A DNA stretch of 64,000 nt, from positions 62,001 to 126,000 of the forward strand of contig JAPDFW010000118.1 of the NCBI GenBank assembly GCA_028826165.1. Reading direction: 5' to 3'. The position numbers and the translations under genes were made by a program. Source of the DNA: Anaeramoeba ignava BMAN. Lineage: Eukaryota; Protista; Anaeramoebae. How positions within the stretch are numbered: the first letter of the stretch is position 1; every line of letters starts with the position of its first letter. Under the pieces are notes generated by a model. It made no database searches, was not told where the DNA came from, and saw only the letters and a list, made by a program, of their open reading frames with translations. Positions 25,896 to 38,700 of this stretch are shown here, in pieces.

Positions 25896-28800
25896 TCAAA
25901 TATCAGAACAAGAATCTAAATAAACTTGAAATTTTTGAACCAAAGAAAATAAACTTTCAGGTTTTTCTTTAAAAATTGAATCTTTTTCAATCCAACCCAA
26001 ATTTTCAGTTAAAAAATTAATAAAAGATTGGACTTGATTTTGATAATTTGGTAAAAAACGAGAAAAAGAAATAAAATTTTCAATTTCCAATTCGAATTCT
26101 TTAAGAAGATTCAACCGAAAAGTGTTCCAATTAATTGACATCCAGTTGATAAGATGGGAAAGAGAAATATAGAAAGGAGAGTTGAATTTAGGATTTAATT
26201 GAGGAGAAGAAAATAAAGCTGAGAAATCAAAAGAATAAGAACCAATTTGATTTTTTCGATTTTTTTGATTTGAATTTTGATTTGGATTTTGATTTGAATT
26301 TTGATTTGAATTTTGATTTGGATTTTCATTGGAATTTTCGTTTGAATTTTCATTTGAATTTTTTGGATCATCAAGGATTTCAATTTTCGAATTTAGAATG
26401 GGAATTGCAAAATCCGAATCAGAAATTGTTTGTAATCCCAAATCAATTAGTTTTTTAATGATTCCTTTTATGGTTATTTGATGTTCCAGCATCTCATTTA
26501 TCAACACAATTAGCTTTTGTTTTGTTGTGTCGAAATTATGGTATCTTGCAATTTGCGCAAGAACAACCAAAAGTTGACTTTCAGAAAGAAGATATTTGGT
26601 CGTTTCCCTTTGAACAAAAGGACGAGCTGAAGCGAGAATTTCCCAAAAAACAAGCGTAAGATTGGATAAATCGGATTTAAATGGATTCGTTATTTTCTGA
26701 TTAAAAAGTTCTGACTTCAAATTCTGATAGAAAACTCCAGTGCTTGAAGACGTTATTTTTGGCGTGTTTTCTTTATCCACCAAAATATCATCAGTGATGA
26801 AACGATATAAAGGAAGACGTAGCTTTGTGTGTACAAAATCAAGGCTTTGAGCAAGTGTTTTTGCGATGTGAAGAACTTCCCGTGTTTTCAAAACTTCCTT
26901 TTTTTCTGTTCTTTCTTCAATTATATTTCTCAGTGTTTTTTGTGTATATGCTTCAAAAATCGCAACAAGTTTGGCCTCATTTGCACTTCCAATATGCACA
27001 AAATATCCGAGAAAACGTGCAAATCCAGGTTGGCTATTTGGCTCAACTAATTTCCAAACTTGAGGGATTAATTCTTCAATTTTCACTAATCTTTTATGGA
27101 TTTTAATCGCGATTTTTGATCCATGAAAAGTCCCTATTTTTAATCCTGTCATTTCCGAAATTTTAATATCTTCATTCAATTCTATTTCAGTTTTTGGATC
27201 GATCCAAAAATTAATTGGTGTCATTTCTTGAAGTTGATTCTTCAAATTTTGTGATGGTTTTTCAAGGCATTCTGGAAATTTTTTCAATAATTCATTCATC
27301 ACATAAACTACTTCTTGATGTGGAATATTTTCTGGAATTGATTCCATTCTTGCTCCATAAATAAATAAAAGTGTAAGCATTTTAATATTCCCTGTTTTGA
27401 ATGGAATTTCAATTGCTTTTGTTTTGTTTTTGTCTTCTTTTGTTGGGTTTTTGTATTTTTCTAAAAGAAGTTTCACAAGTTCGTAATTTGATTCGTAAAT
27501 TGCGTAATGAATTAATGGTGTTCCAAATTCATCAATTAATAAATCGAGATCAAATTCAGAATTTATAAGATCTTTGATATTTTCTGTGAATTGGTTACTG
27601 AGTGCAATTTTGAAAAGTTTCTTTATTATTTATAAATTAAATATTATTTATAAATTAAATATTAATTATAAATTAAATATTATTTATAAATTAAATATTA
27701 TTTTGAAATTAAATATTATTTATAAATTAAATATTATTTATAAATTAAATATTATTTTGAAATTAAATATTATTTATAAATTAAATATTATTTATAAATT
27801 AAATATTATTTATAAATTAAATATTATTTATAAATTAAATATTATTTATAAATTAAATATTATTTTGAAATTAAATATTATTTTGAAATTAAATATTATT
27901 TATAAATTAAATATTATTTATAAATTAAATATTATTTTATAAATTAAATATTATTTATAAATTAAATATTATTTATAAATTAAATATTATTTATAAATTA
28001 AATATTATTTATAAATTAAATATTATTTATAAATTAAATATTATTTATAAATTAAATATTATTTATAAATTAAATATTATTTATAAATTAAATATTATTT
28101 ATAAAATTAAATATTATTTATAAATTAAATATTATTTCCAAATTAAATATTATTTTTGAATTAAATATTATTTATAAATTAAATATTATTTTATAAATTA
28201 AATATTATTTATAAATTAAATATTATATATAAATTACATCAACATCTTCTTTTTCTAGTTCTTGAGATTGAGTTAATTTTAAATTATTAATCCAATTCTC
28301 AGTTTCTTGTCTTTGATTTTGATCTTTAAAAGATGGATAATTTGGAAAAACATCAATCATCAACTTTTTTAAAGCAGATAAAACATGAATAGAAGAAGAG
28401 AGATGATAAGGAGTGTAACCAGAATGATTTCTAATAAGAGGGTCAGCATTATAAGAAAGAAGAAGCTTAAGACATTTCATCTTGTTTGTCTCTGCGACAT
28501 AATGCAAAGGAGTTTGCCCGTTTTGGAATATATTTGGATTTGCTCCAAATTCTAAAAGTATTTTCAAAATTGCGTGTTTATTTGCTTCAAGTGCATAAAA
28601 TATAGGATATTTTCCTGTCCAATCCTTTTTGCTTAGTGATTCTTTTGATTTGATTAATTCACTTCGTACTTTTGATTCATCCATTAATTTAATTGCAATA
28701 ACAATTGGTTCATCATTTGGTGATAATGATAAATTTGAATTTTGCATTTCATACCAAAAATTAATTGATTGCTATTTTTTTGAAATTAAAGTTCCAAATT

Positions 28801-29042
28801 TTATTTTTAATTTTAATTTTAATTTTAATTTTCAAAATGAATTTTAATTTTAATTTTAATTTTAATTTTAATTTTAATTTTGAATTTTAATTTTAATTTT
28901 AATTTTAATTTTAATTTTATTTTTAATTTTAATTTTAATTAACCTGTAAATTCCCATTAAATCTTTCTAAAATAATTAATGTTTGTTGTTGAGATGCATT
29001 TGTTAAAGTTTGAAATTCTGAAATTTTTTCAGGTAAATTCAT
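25896..29042 (-). CDS. UBA-like + ankyrin repeat + kinase-like (probable pseudokinase) protein
   Basis: Exons 29042-28944, 28771-28238 and 27620-25896, both introns phase 0. N-terminal ISEFQTLTNA...NGNLQQSINFWY is UBA-like; GQTPLHY and GYTPYH ankyrins; kinase-like IAIK lobe without HRD/DFG. Confidence 0.75.
27622..28230. repeat. Intronic 18-nt tandem repeat (ATAAATTAAATATTATTT)n
   Basis: Over 30 near-identical copies filling intron 2 of the ANK-pseudokinase gene. Confidence 0.92.
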
Positions 29043-29129
29043 TTTCTCTTTAAAATAATAAAAAAAGGAAGAAAAAAAATGAAAATTGAATTTTTTTTTT
29101 AAATTTTTTTTTTATTAAAATTTCCTTTT

Positions 29130-29705
29130 AATTTTAAATTCAAATTTAAATTCAAATTCAAATTTAAATTCAAATTCAAATTGAAATCCAAATTCAAAAT
29201 CAAATCCAAATTTAAATTCAAATCCAAATTCAAATCAAATTCAAATTCAAAAGTCCAAAAAATTGAATTTTCAAATTCAAATTCAAATTCAAATTCAAAT
29301 TGAAATCCAAATCGAAATTCAAATTCAAATTCAAATTCAAATTTAAATTCAAATTTAAATTCAAATTCAAATTCAAATTCAAATTCAAATTGAAATCCAA
29401 ATCGAAATTCAAATTCAAATTTAAATTCAAATTTAAATTCAAATTAAATCAAATCCAAATTCAAATTCAAATTCAAATTCAAATTCAAATTCAAATTGAA
29501 ATTCAAATTCAAATTCAAATTCAAATTCAAATTCAAATTTAAATCCAAATCCAAATCCAAATTCAAATTCAAATTCAAATCCAAATTTAAATTTAAATTC
29601 AAATTCAAATTCAAATTGAAATCCAAATCGAAATTCAAATTTAAATTTAAATTTAAATTTAAATCCAAATCCAAATTCAAATTCAAATCCAAATTCAAAT
29701 CCAAA
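29130..29705. repeat. Intergenic (AAATTC/AAATCC)n hexamer tract
   Basis: Directly visible, with a recurring higher-order AAATTGAAATCCAAATCG unit. Confidence 0.85.
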
Positions 29706-29719
29706 ATGAACTCTTTTGT

Positions 29720-32700
29720 TCATTTCTTTTCGGTTTCATCCAATTCAATAACATCACTATCACTATCAGTTTCTAACTTCTCATTCTTTTGAATTTGGTT
29801 ATTGTTATTGTTATTATTGTTGTTATTGTTATTGTTATTATTATTGTTATTGTTATTGTTATTGTTGTTGTTATTGTTGTTATTGTTATTATTGTTGTTA
29901 TTGTTTTCTAATATTATTTCCGTTTTTTGTTTTTCAGTTTCACTCCAAGTTTGATGAACAAAAACTCTTGTGAATTCATCATCAACAATCTCTCTTAATA
30001 AAAAATCAAAACTTGAATCATCTTCAAATTGGTAAAATTCCATTGCATTTTTTAACTCATCAATAATATCAAGAGATAAATTCAAATCAAGTCTATCAGT
30101 ATAAAAGAACTTAATCAAAACATTCATTGCTTCAAAACTTTTTTCACTATAATCTTTAACTGTATTTGAATCATCAATAACATTAATAAACATATTCCGA
30201 AAAAGTTCCGATCTTGCAAATAAAAGAATTTTATGAACTTTCACAACTTTATCATCAACAACAATTCCAAAGTCTTTGCCTTCTTCATCTTCATACATTC
30301 TCTTTAAATCTTTCAATAGATTTTCCTTTCCTGATTTTGACTTTACTTCTTGAGCTGAAATTCCAATTTCTTTGGCAAATCTTTCTGTAAATGATTTATT
30401 TCTTATAAATCCTGAATAAATCCATTTCATGAAATCTATTGTTTCCTTTAGTGTCTTTTTTTTCAAAATGGGTCTTAGTTTTTTATCATAATCTTCCCCA
30501 ATTCTAAACTTTAAAATTTGACTATGAAGTTTAATTGGTGTATCGATTGTTTCAAATTCAACATCTCCTAAATGAAATGGTTCTTTCACAACATTTTCTA
30601 GTTCGAATTGAATTGATCTTGATTGTTGAATCATTTTTTTCTTATCGGAAAATGTTCCACAAACATCTTCTGGTGTTTGACCCTTTTAAAAAAATTGATA
30701 TTTAAATTATTTCCTTAAAATTTTGATATATTTTTCAAATTACAGACTATTTAAATTGAAGAAAAAAATTTTGTAAAATTGTTGATTTACACAATTAATT
30801 TTATTCTTACATTCTAAAATAATAATAATAATATAATATTAATATTATATTAATTATCTCATTTTATTTTTACATTTTTAATATCGATATAAGATCCATG
30901 AAGTAATAATAATCTTAAAACAAGAAGGTTTTGGTGATATCTACAAGCAAGATGAAATGCTGTATCACCCTTAAATTAAAATATAAATCAAATTAAATTA
31001 AATCAAATTAAATCAAATTAAATTAAATTCAAATCAAATTAAATTAAATTAAAATCAAATCAAATTAAATCAATTCAAATTAAATTAATTTTTTTACTCC
31101 ATAAATTGTATATTTCACTATATTAGAATCTTTCTTCCATGATACTTCCTAGTTAAATTTATCCCAAAATTTATTCTCTTATCAGAAAATAATAATAATA
31201 AAAAAATAAAATAATTTTTCTTTTGTTTTACATGTTGTTTTGGAACTTTTTCATTAATTTCAATTCCTTGAGAAAGAATTAATTTCACAGTTTCATAAGG
31301 AGAATTACAAACACATGCAAGATGAAGTAAATTGATATCATTTTTCTGAATTTTTTGTTTTTGTTTTTGTTTTATTTAAGTTTCTAAATTTTCATTTATT
31401 GAAAAATAATTGAAAAATTATCAATCAAAAATACATATTTCATTTTAGGATCTGATCCCATATCAATTAAAAATTGTATAATTATTGGGCCAACTCCTGA
31501 AAGAACAGCAGAAATTAAAGGAGGTTGATCCTATTCATATAATCAATTTAAATTAAATTTTCAATAAGAAAACAAAAAATTACCGAAAAAAAATAAACTC
31601 ACAAACTAATTCAAAAAATATATTTATATTTATATTTATATTTATATTATATTTATATTTATATTTATATTTATATTGATATTTACATTCTAATCTCAAA
31701 AAAGAAAAAATCTTTATTCAGAAAAGAAAATGATTTGATGAATTATTTTTTCTTTAATATACATTGAATTTATTAAGATCTGCTCCATGATCAATCATAT
31801 TTCTAAAAAAAGCTAAATCAAAAATGTTAATACAAGCATAATGTAAAAGAGTGTTTCCCTGAAAATTATTTTTTGATAATAAATTAAAGGATTAGATTTC
31901 TCTTTCTAATAATAGAGAAAAAAAACAAAAAAACAAACATCCTATTTTTTTTTTGTTTAAATTGAAATGAATTCTAATTAAATTTTTGTTTTAATATTTT
32001 TTTACATTCTAAAATTTGAAAAAGTTTTGTTTATTTTTATTTTTATTTTTATTTTTATTTTTAGAATAAATTTACATCAGGAATATTTGGATCAGCTCCT
32101 CTTTCAATCAAATATTCACAATTTTTCAAACACATTCCCTGACAAGCACAAACTGCTGCAGTTAAACCCTGTTTATGATTTATTATTATTATTTATTATT
32201 ATTACTATTTTTTTCTCTAAAAAATTTACATTCTTTTTTTTTAAAATAATTAATATCATTTGTTTTTAAGTAATATAATTGAATTTACAAACTAAATTCC
32301 ATAATATAAATAAATACTAAAATAAATATTAAAAGGAAATGCTGATAATTTACTGTTCTTTTGTTAATATCAACTCCAGCATTTAAAAAAATATCTAATT
32401 TTTGGGATTGAATACGATCATTTTTTGCTAAAATATGAAGACATGTTTCTCCCTATTATTTTATTTTTTATTATTTTATTATTTTTATTATTTTATTTTC
32501 ATTATTTTATTTTTATTATTTTATTTTTATTATTGAATCAAAATAAAGAAAAATTTACTGCCTAATTAATTTTTGGGTTTTTTTTTTGAAAAGATAAATA
32601 TGAAAAAAAAAATTGGCTTCTTTTTTTTTCTTCAATTTACATCCTAAAAATCCAAAAAAGAAAAGATAGTTTTCGAATTTAGATTTTGAATTTAGATTTT

Positions 32701-35700
32701 GAATTTAAATTACATCCTGTTGATTAACATCAACTCCCATTTCAATTAAAGTTTGATGAAGAAGAGAGGTAAAAGGATAAATTGTAGTTGCTAAATGAAG
32801 TAATGTTTGATCCTATTTTATTAATAAAGTGAATTTTTTTCTTTTAGAAATAATTTCTTTCAATTCAATTCTAAAATTATTTTTTACTTTATGCTAAAAT
32901 TATAAACGAGATGATTATTAAAAAAAAATTAATTGTAAATGGTTGATTTTTACATTTTTGATTTTAGCATCTGTTCCTTTCAATTTCAATAAATCAAAAA
33001 TATAATTAATTGGTTGAGAATGAATCATTGCTGTATGAATTGGTGTATTTCCCTAAATTAAAATATTTTAAAAAACAATTTTTAGTTTTACTTTTGTTTT
33101 TGTTTTTTGAATTAAAAGTTACAATCTGAAATATGATAATTAATTCATTATTTTAGAAATTTATATATCAAAATAAATTATGATTTCTCTTTTCTTACAT
33201 TCTAAAAAAAAAAAAGGAAAATTAATTTGAATTTGAATTTGAATTTGAATTTGAATTTGAGAAGAAAAATAAGTTAATACATTCGGAATATCAGATGCAC
33301 TTCCTGCTGAAATAAGAGCTTTGAAAATATTGTCACTTAATAGTCTTTGAGATCCATACTTAAGTGCATAATTTAAAGGTGTATCTCCCTTAAATAATAT
33401 TATTATTATTTATTTTTTTTATTAAAAAAAAATTAATCCTCTTTTTTATCGTAGAAAGTCAAAAAATATCAAACAGACTAAAATGAATAAAATTAAATTT
33501 TTCATAAATTGATTGATTGATTGAATAAAAATTATTGGTATTACTTTCTGTTTTTGGTTAAAAATTTTTTTTTGAATAAGAATATTTTTTTTTTGAATAA
33601 GAATATTACGTCTTGTAAATTCATATTAGGTTTATATTCCAATAGAAGAGAAATAGATCTAAATGGATGATTATATTCAAAAGCACAATGAAGTGGTGCT
33701 AATAACTAATTTAATATTTTTGATACAGAACAAAAAAAAAGAAGCATTTTTTCAATTTATCAAAAAAATTTATATTCATTTAAACACTAATTAATACAGC
33801 CTATTTTAATGTTTAAAAACAACAAATAAATAATTTCTATTAACTTTCAAAACTAAAAATAAATTGATTACATCCGTCTAATTTTAATTATTAATTTAAT
33901 TTTAATTATTAATTTAATTTATTTAGCAAACAGTTTGAAGATCAATATTTGCTCCTTTATCAAGTATTACTTTCGTAATTTCAGGTTCATGATGATGAAC
34001 AAAACAATAATGTAATGCAGAAAATCCCTAATTCGAAAATTTTATTAAGAGATGATTACTTGAAAATTTGTAAAAAAAATAATAAATTTATCCAAACCAT
34101 CTTATATGAAAAAAAAAAAAAAAAGAAAATTAAATTAAATTTAAATTAAAAGAAGAAGAAGAAAGAAAAAATTACATTCTTTTTAAATTAAATTGAAAAT
34201 TAATTTTTGATTAAATTATTATTATTTTAAAATTGATTCAAAATTTAATAAAAAAATTTATTTTCAATACATCTTGTGTATCAATTTTAGTAACATCTGC
34301 CAATGCTTGATATCCAACTTTTTGCATTCTTTTTGAAATTAATGCACAATGTAATGGTGTTTGACCCTAAATTCAAAATCAAAATCAAAATCAAAATCAA
34401 AATCAAAATTAAAATTAAAATTAAAATTAAAATTAAAATTAAAATCAAAATCAAAATTCAAAATTAAAATTAAAATTGAAATTAAATTCAAAATTAAAAT
34501 TAAAATTAAAATCAAAATCAAAATCAAAATTAAAATTAAAATTAAAATTAAAATCAAAATTAAAATTAAAATTAAATGAGAAATTAAATGAGAAATTTTT
34601 CAATTCTATTATTTTTACCGACTTAGATTAAATTTTGAATTTTATTGAATTTTGAATTTTATTAAATTTGATTAGATTTTGGATTTTATTGAAAATTTAC
34701 TTTCTAAATCAAATCAAAAAAAAAATTATTTACTTTTTCTTGTTCACTTTCTTGAATGAAATTTTTTTATATAAAAAAAATATTTGTTTGATATACATTG
34801 CGAAGATTTGGATTAGATCCTGCTGCAATATACATTTGAACAGTTCTAGTATCACAAGAAAGAGCAGCATAATGTAAAGGAGAATTTCCCTTAAAATAAT
34901 AATTTTAAATTTAATTATTTTTTTTTACTCAAATCCAAAAAAAAAAGGATTTTTTTTATATTTGGATTTACTTTCTATTTTTTTTTTAATAAAAAAATTA
35001 AATATAAAACATAAACTCTAAATTAATTTACATTCTTTTATTTGATTTGATTTGATTTGATTTGATTTTTTTTAGTTGATTATTTTAATTGATTTTGAAA
35101 ATGGAAAATTCTTACATCAACCGAATTAACATCTCCATAAGAATTTAATAATCTATTTAAAATATCTGCATTTTTATGTAATTCTGTTGCAAGAGAAAGA
35201 ACAGATTGATCCTTTTTTTTATATATATAAAAAAATATGATAAAAATTTTTGTTTTACAAACAAAAAAGAAAGATTTGTTACATCCTAAATTATTCCAAA
35301 AAATAAAATGATAAAAATAAAATATTGCAACTAAAACAAAACAAGGATGATTTTTTTTTCTTACATGCTAAAATAATGAAATTCAATAAGAAGACTAAAA
35401 ATAAGAATAATATTCTTTGAATTTTTTTACATTTAGAGAATTAACATTTGCTTCATCTTTTAAAAAAAGTCTAATAATCTCAGTATCAAAAGGAGGAGAG
35501 TATTTAAGAGCTAAATGAAAAGGTGTTTCAATCTAAAATATAATTTAATATAACTTATTTTAATTTTAAAGTGATTACTCCCTATAAAAAATATGAACAA
35601 ATAATAAAATAAATTTTTATTGTTTAAATAAATACATTAGAAATATCGGGATTTGCATTATATGAAATTAAAGTTTTAATGAAATCATATTCAACTTTGT

Positions 35701-38700
35701 GATTCATTAAAATATGTAATGGTGTATCATTCTAAATGAATTTTTCAAATATTTTTATAAAGTAAATTAAATTTAATTACTGTATAAAAAATTTTGAATT
35801 ACAAAACATACTTTCTATTTATGAATAAAGTGATGATAAAATTTAAATAATTGTTTGTTTTCTTTATGTTTTTTTTTTGTTGTTTTACATTCTTTAAAAT
35901 ATCCAAAAAAAAAAAGAGATGAATTTAAAAATAAATTTCCAGAAATTATAATAAATACATCTTTTGCGTCTGGGTTTGAATCATATTTAAGTAAAATTTC
36001 AATAAATTTCAATGGAAGACGTCCAGAACAAGCATAATGAAGAGGAATATGATGCTTTATAAAATAATTTTAAATGAAGAAAATGATTATTTATTTTTCC
36101 AAAAAAAAAAAGAAAAAAAGAGGAATAAAACTTTGATTTAATAATTACAACCTAATAATTCCAAAAAGAATTAGAAAAATAATGAATGTGAAAATTATTA
36201 TTTTTTTCGGTTTGATAATTTACATTCTTTCAGAAAAATATTTAAAAAAGGGATTATAATTAGTTTCGTTTTTGTTTTGTAAGATTTTTTTTATAAATAA
36301 TTACATCAAAAATATTAACTGGTGATTGTTTTTCAAGCAATAAAGAAACAATTTTAAAAGAAGGTTCACTATTCATAAGTTCTAAATGAAGAGGCAGAGC
36401 TCCCTGAAAATGAAATTATTTAAAATGGATTTCTGTTAAAAACAAAAAAAAAAGAAAATGTTAATCAAAATAATATTTACTTTCTAAATAAATAAAAATT
36501 AAGATATCAATAAGCAATTATTATGATAAAATGAATTATTTACATTCTAAGGAAGAAGATAAATGAATCATTTAAAACAAAATAAAACAAAGTAAATTGA
36601 TTATTTTTATTACATTGACTAAACTTGTATTTGCCTTTGAATTAAGTAGTAATTGAACAATTTTAAGTCTTTTGTTGATATTTACGTGAACAAACTTCAT
36701 GAAGAGTAGTGTTTCCCTATTTTTTGGAAAAATATATTATACACAAAATCAATAAAAATAAAACAAATCAATCACTCCCTTTTTTTACTTCCTATTGAAT
36801 AAAAATTAAAATATTAACAAAAAATAAATTAATTAACCTAAAATTATTTACATTCTAAAAGTCAAAAAAAAAGATTATTGAATGATAAGTGATTAATGAT
36901 TAAATGTTTTGTTTTCTCTTCTTATTTTGATTGATTTATTATTTTCTAAAAATTTTAATTACATTGGCTATATTAGGATCACTTCCTGCTTTTAATAATA
37001 TTTTTACAATTTTGGGAGTAACTTGACCTCTTCTAAGATAGATATTAAGTGCATTTTGATTCTTGATTTTTTATTTCAAAAAAAACAAAACAAAACTAAT
37101 ATGTAAAAATGATAAATATTTGTTTTCTTACAAACTAAATTTATCAAGAGAGAAAAGAAATGAAATGAACACAAAAAAAAGAAAGAAAAGAAAAGAAAGA
37201 TACATTCTAAAAAATAAAAAAAGATTTAAAATTTGAATTATAATTGGCAAATAGTTATAAAAAAAATAAGATTTACATTAACAGCAGAAAGATTAGCTTT
37301 TGATTCAAGAAATAAATTTAATAAAGAAGTCTCAAAAGCACCAATATGAAGAAAGAATAAATGAAGACATGTATAATTCTATAAACATTATTGATTAATT
37401 TATTTGTTATGATTAGAATTAAATGCAAAATAATTGGAAAAAATACATCCTATTTATTATTAATATTAATCCAAAAAAAAATAAAGTAAAGTAAAATTCA
37501 CATTGTTTTTGAAATGAATAACACAGTATTAAATAATAAATTTATAGTGATTTTTACAGACTAGTTTGAATTTATGAGAAAACCAAATTTAAAATGTATT
37601 AATTTTTTTTGTCTCTCTTAAATTATACATTTTTAGCATTCACATCTGCTCCAAGTCGAACAATTTTTTCAGTGATATTATTGGGAACAATATTTATTAA
37701 CGCGCAATGCAAAGGAGTTAAATTCTTTTTTTTTTTCAATTTAATTTTAATAATAATATTATTTATAAAAAATAATAGAGAATGAAATAGTGAAATTTTT
37801 ACATTTTCCTAAAAAAAAAATAAAAACAATAAAATAGAATAAGAAAGAAAAAAATAAATCTTAATTACATTTGTCACATTTAAATTAATAGCTTGAGTTA
37901 GGAGAAAATCTATCATTTTAAGACGATTATGATGATTTCCAAGAAGATATGTAATTGGATAATTCTATTAGTTAATAAATATTATATTTTAAGAAAAATC
38001 ATCCAAAAAAAAAAAGAAAGAAAATCCAAAGAGAATTATTTACTTGTTTCTAAAAAAAAAAAGTGTTTAAATGAAAAATTAATTCTTTCTCAAAAAGTTA
38101 ATTAATCAAAAAAAATACATTCTAAAAAAGATTTAATTTAAATTAATAATTTTATAATTCCAAAAAAAAAAAGCTCAATTATTAATAATATTAATATTAC
38201 GTTTGGAATATTAATATCAGCTCCATTTTTAACAAGAGTTTGAATAATACTAAGATCCGTATCTGGTGAATCATGTCTTCTTGGTCTAGAACATGCAATA
38301 TATAAAGGAGTTTCTCCCTAAAAAATGAAAAAATTGATAATTTTATTTTGGAATGAAATTTCATTATTTTTCTCATTTTTAATAAGAAAAAATCAAACAT
38401 AAAAAAAGATTTACTTGCTAAATTTATTTGATCTTTTAAGATGATTTCAAAAATAATTTGATTTTGTTTTAAAATACATTCTAAAATGAATATAAAAAAA
38501 GAATTTGGTTTTCGTTTTTGTTTTTGAATAAAAAATAAGTTGAAGAGAAAATACATTTTTTGCATTAACATCTGCTTTATATTTTATTGCTACTTTAACT
38601 CCTTTATGAAATAAAGATGTGCAAAATTTATGAAGAACGGTTTGTTTCTTTTTTGGATTTTATATTAATTTTTTGAGAATTTTCTACAAAAGAAAAAAAA

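Noticed and set aside
31381-31385. tag|AAA candidate microexon between exons ending 31435 and starting 31345
   Set aside because: Followed by CT rather than GT, read-through hits TAA, and the next exon already supplies the two residues. Possibly a decayed microexon but unsupported.
36836-36839. AG|GT zero-length recursive splice site
   Set aside because: Only about 13 nt from the upstream donor, too short for an intron.
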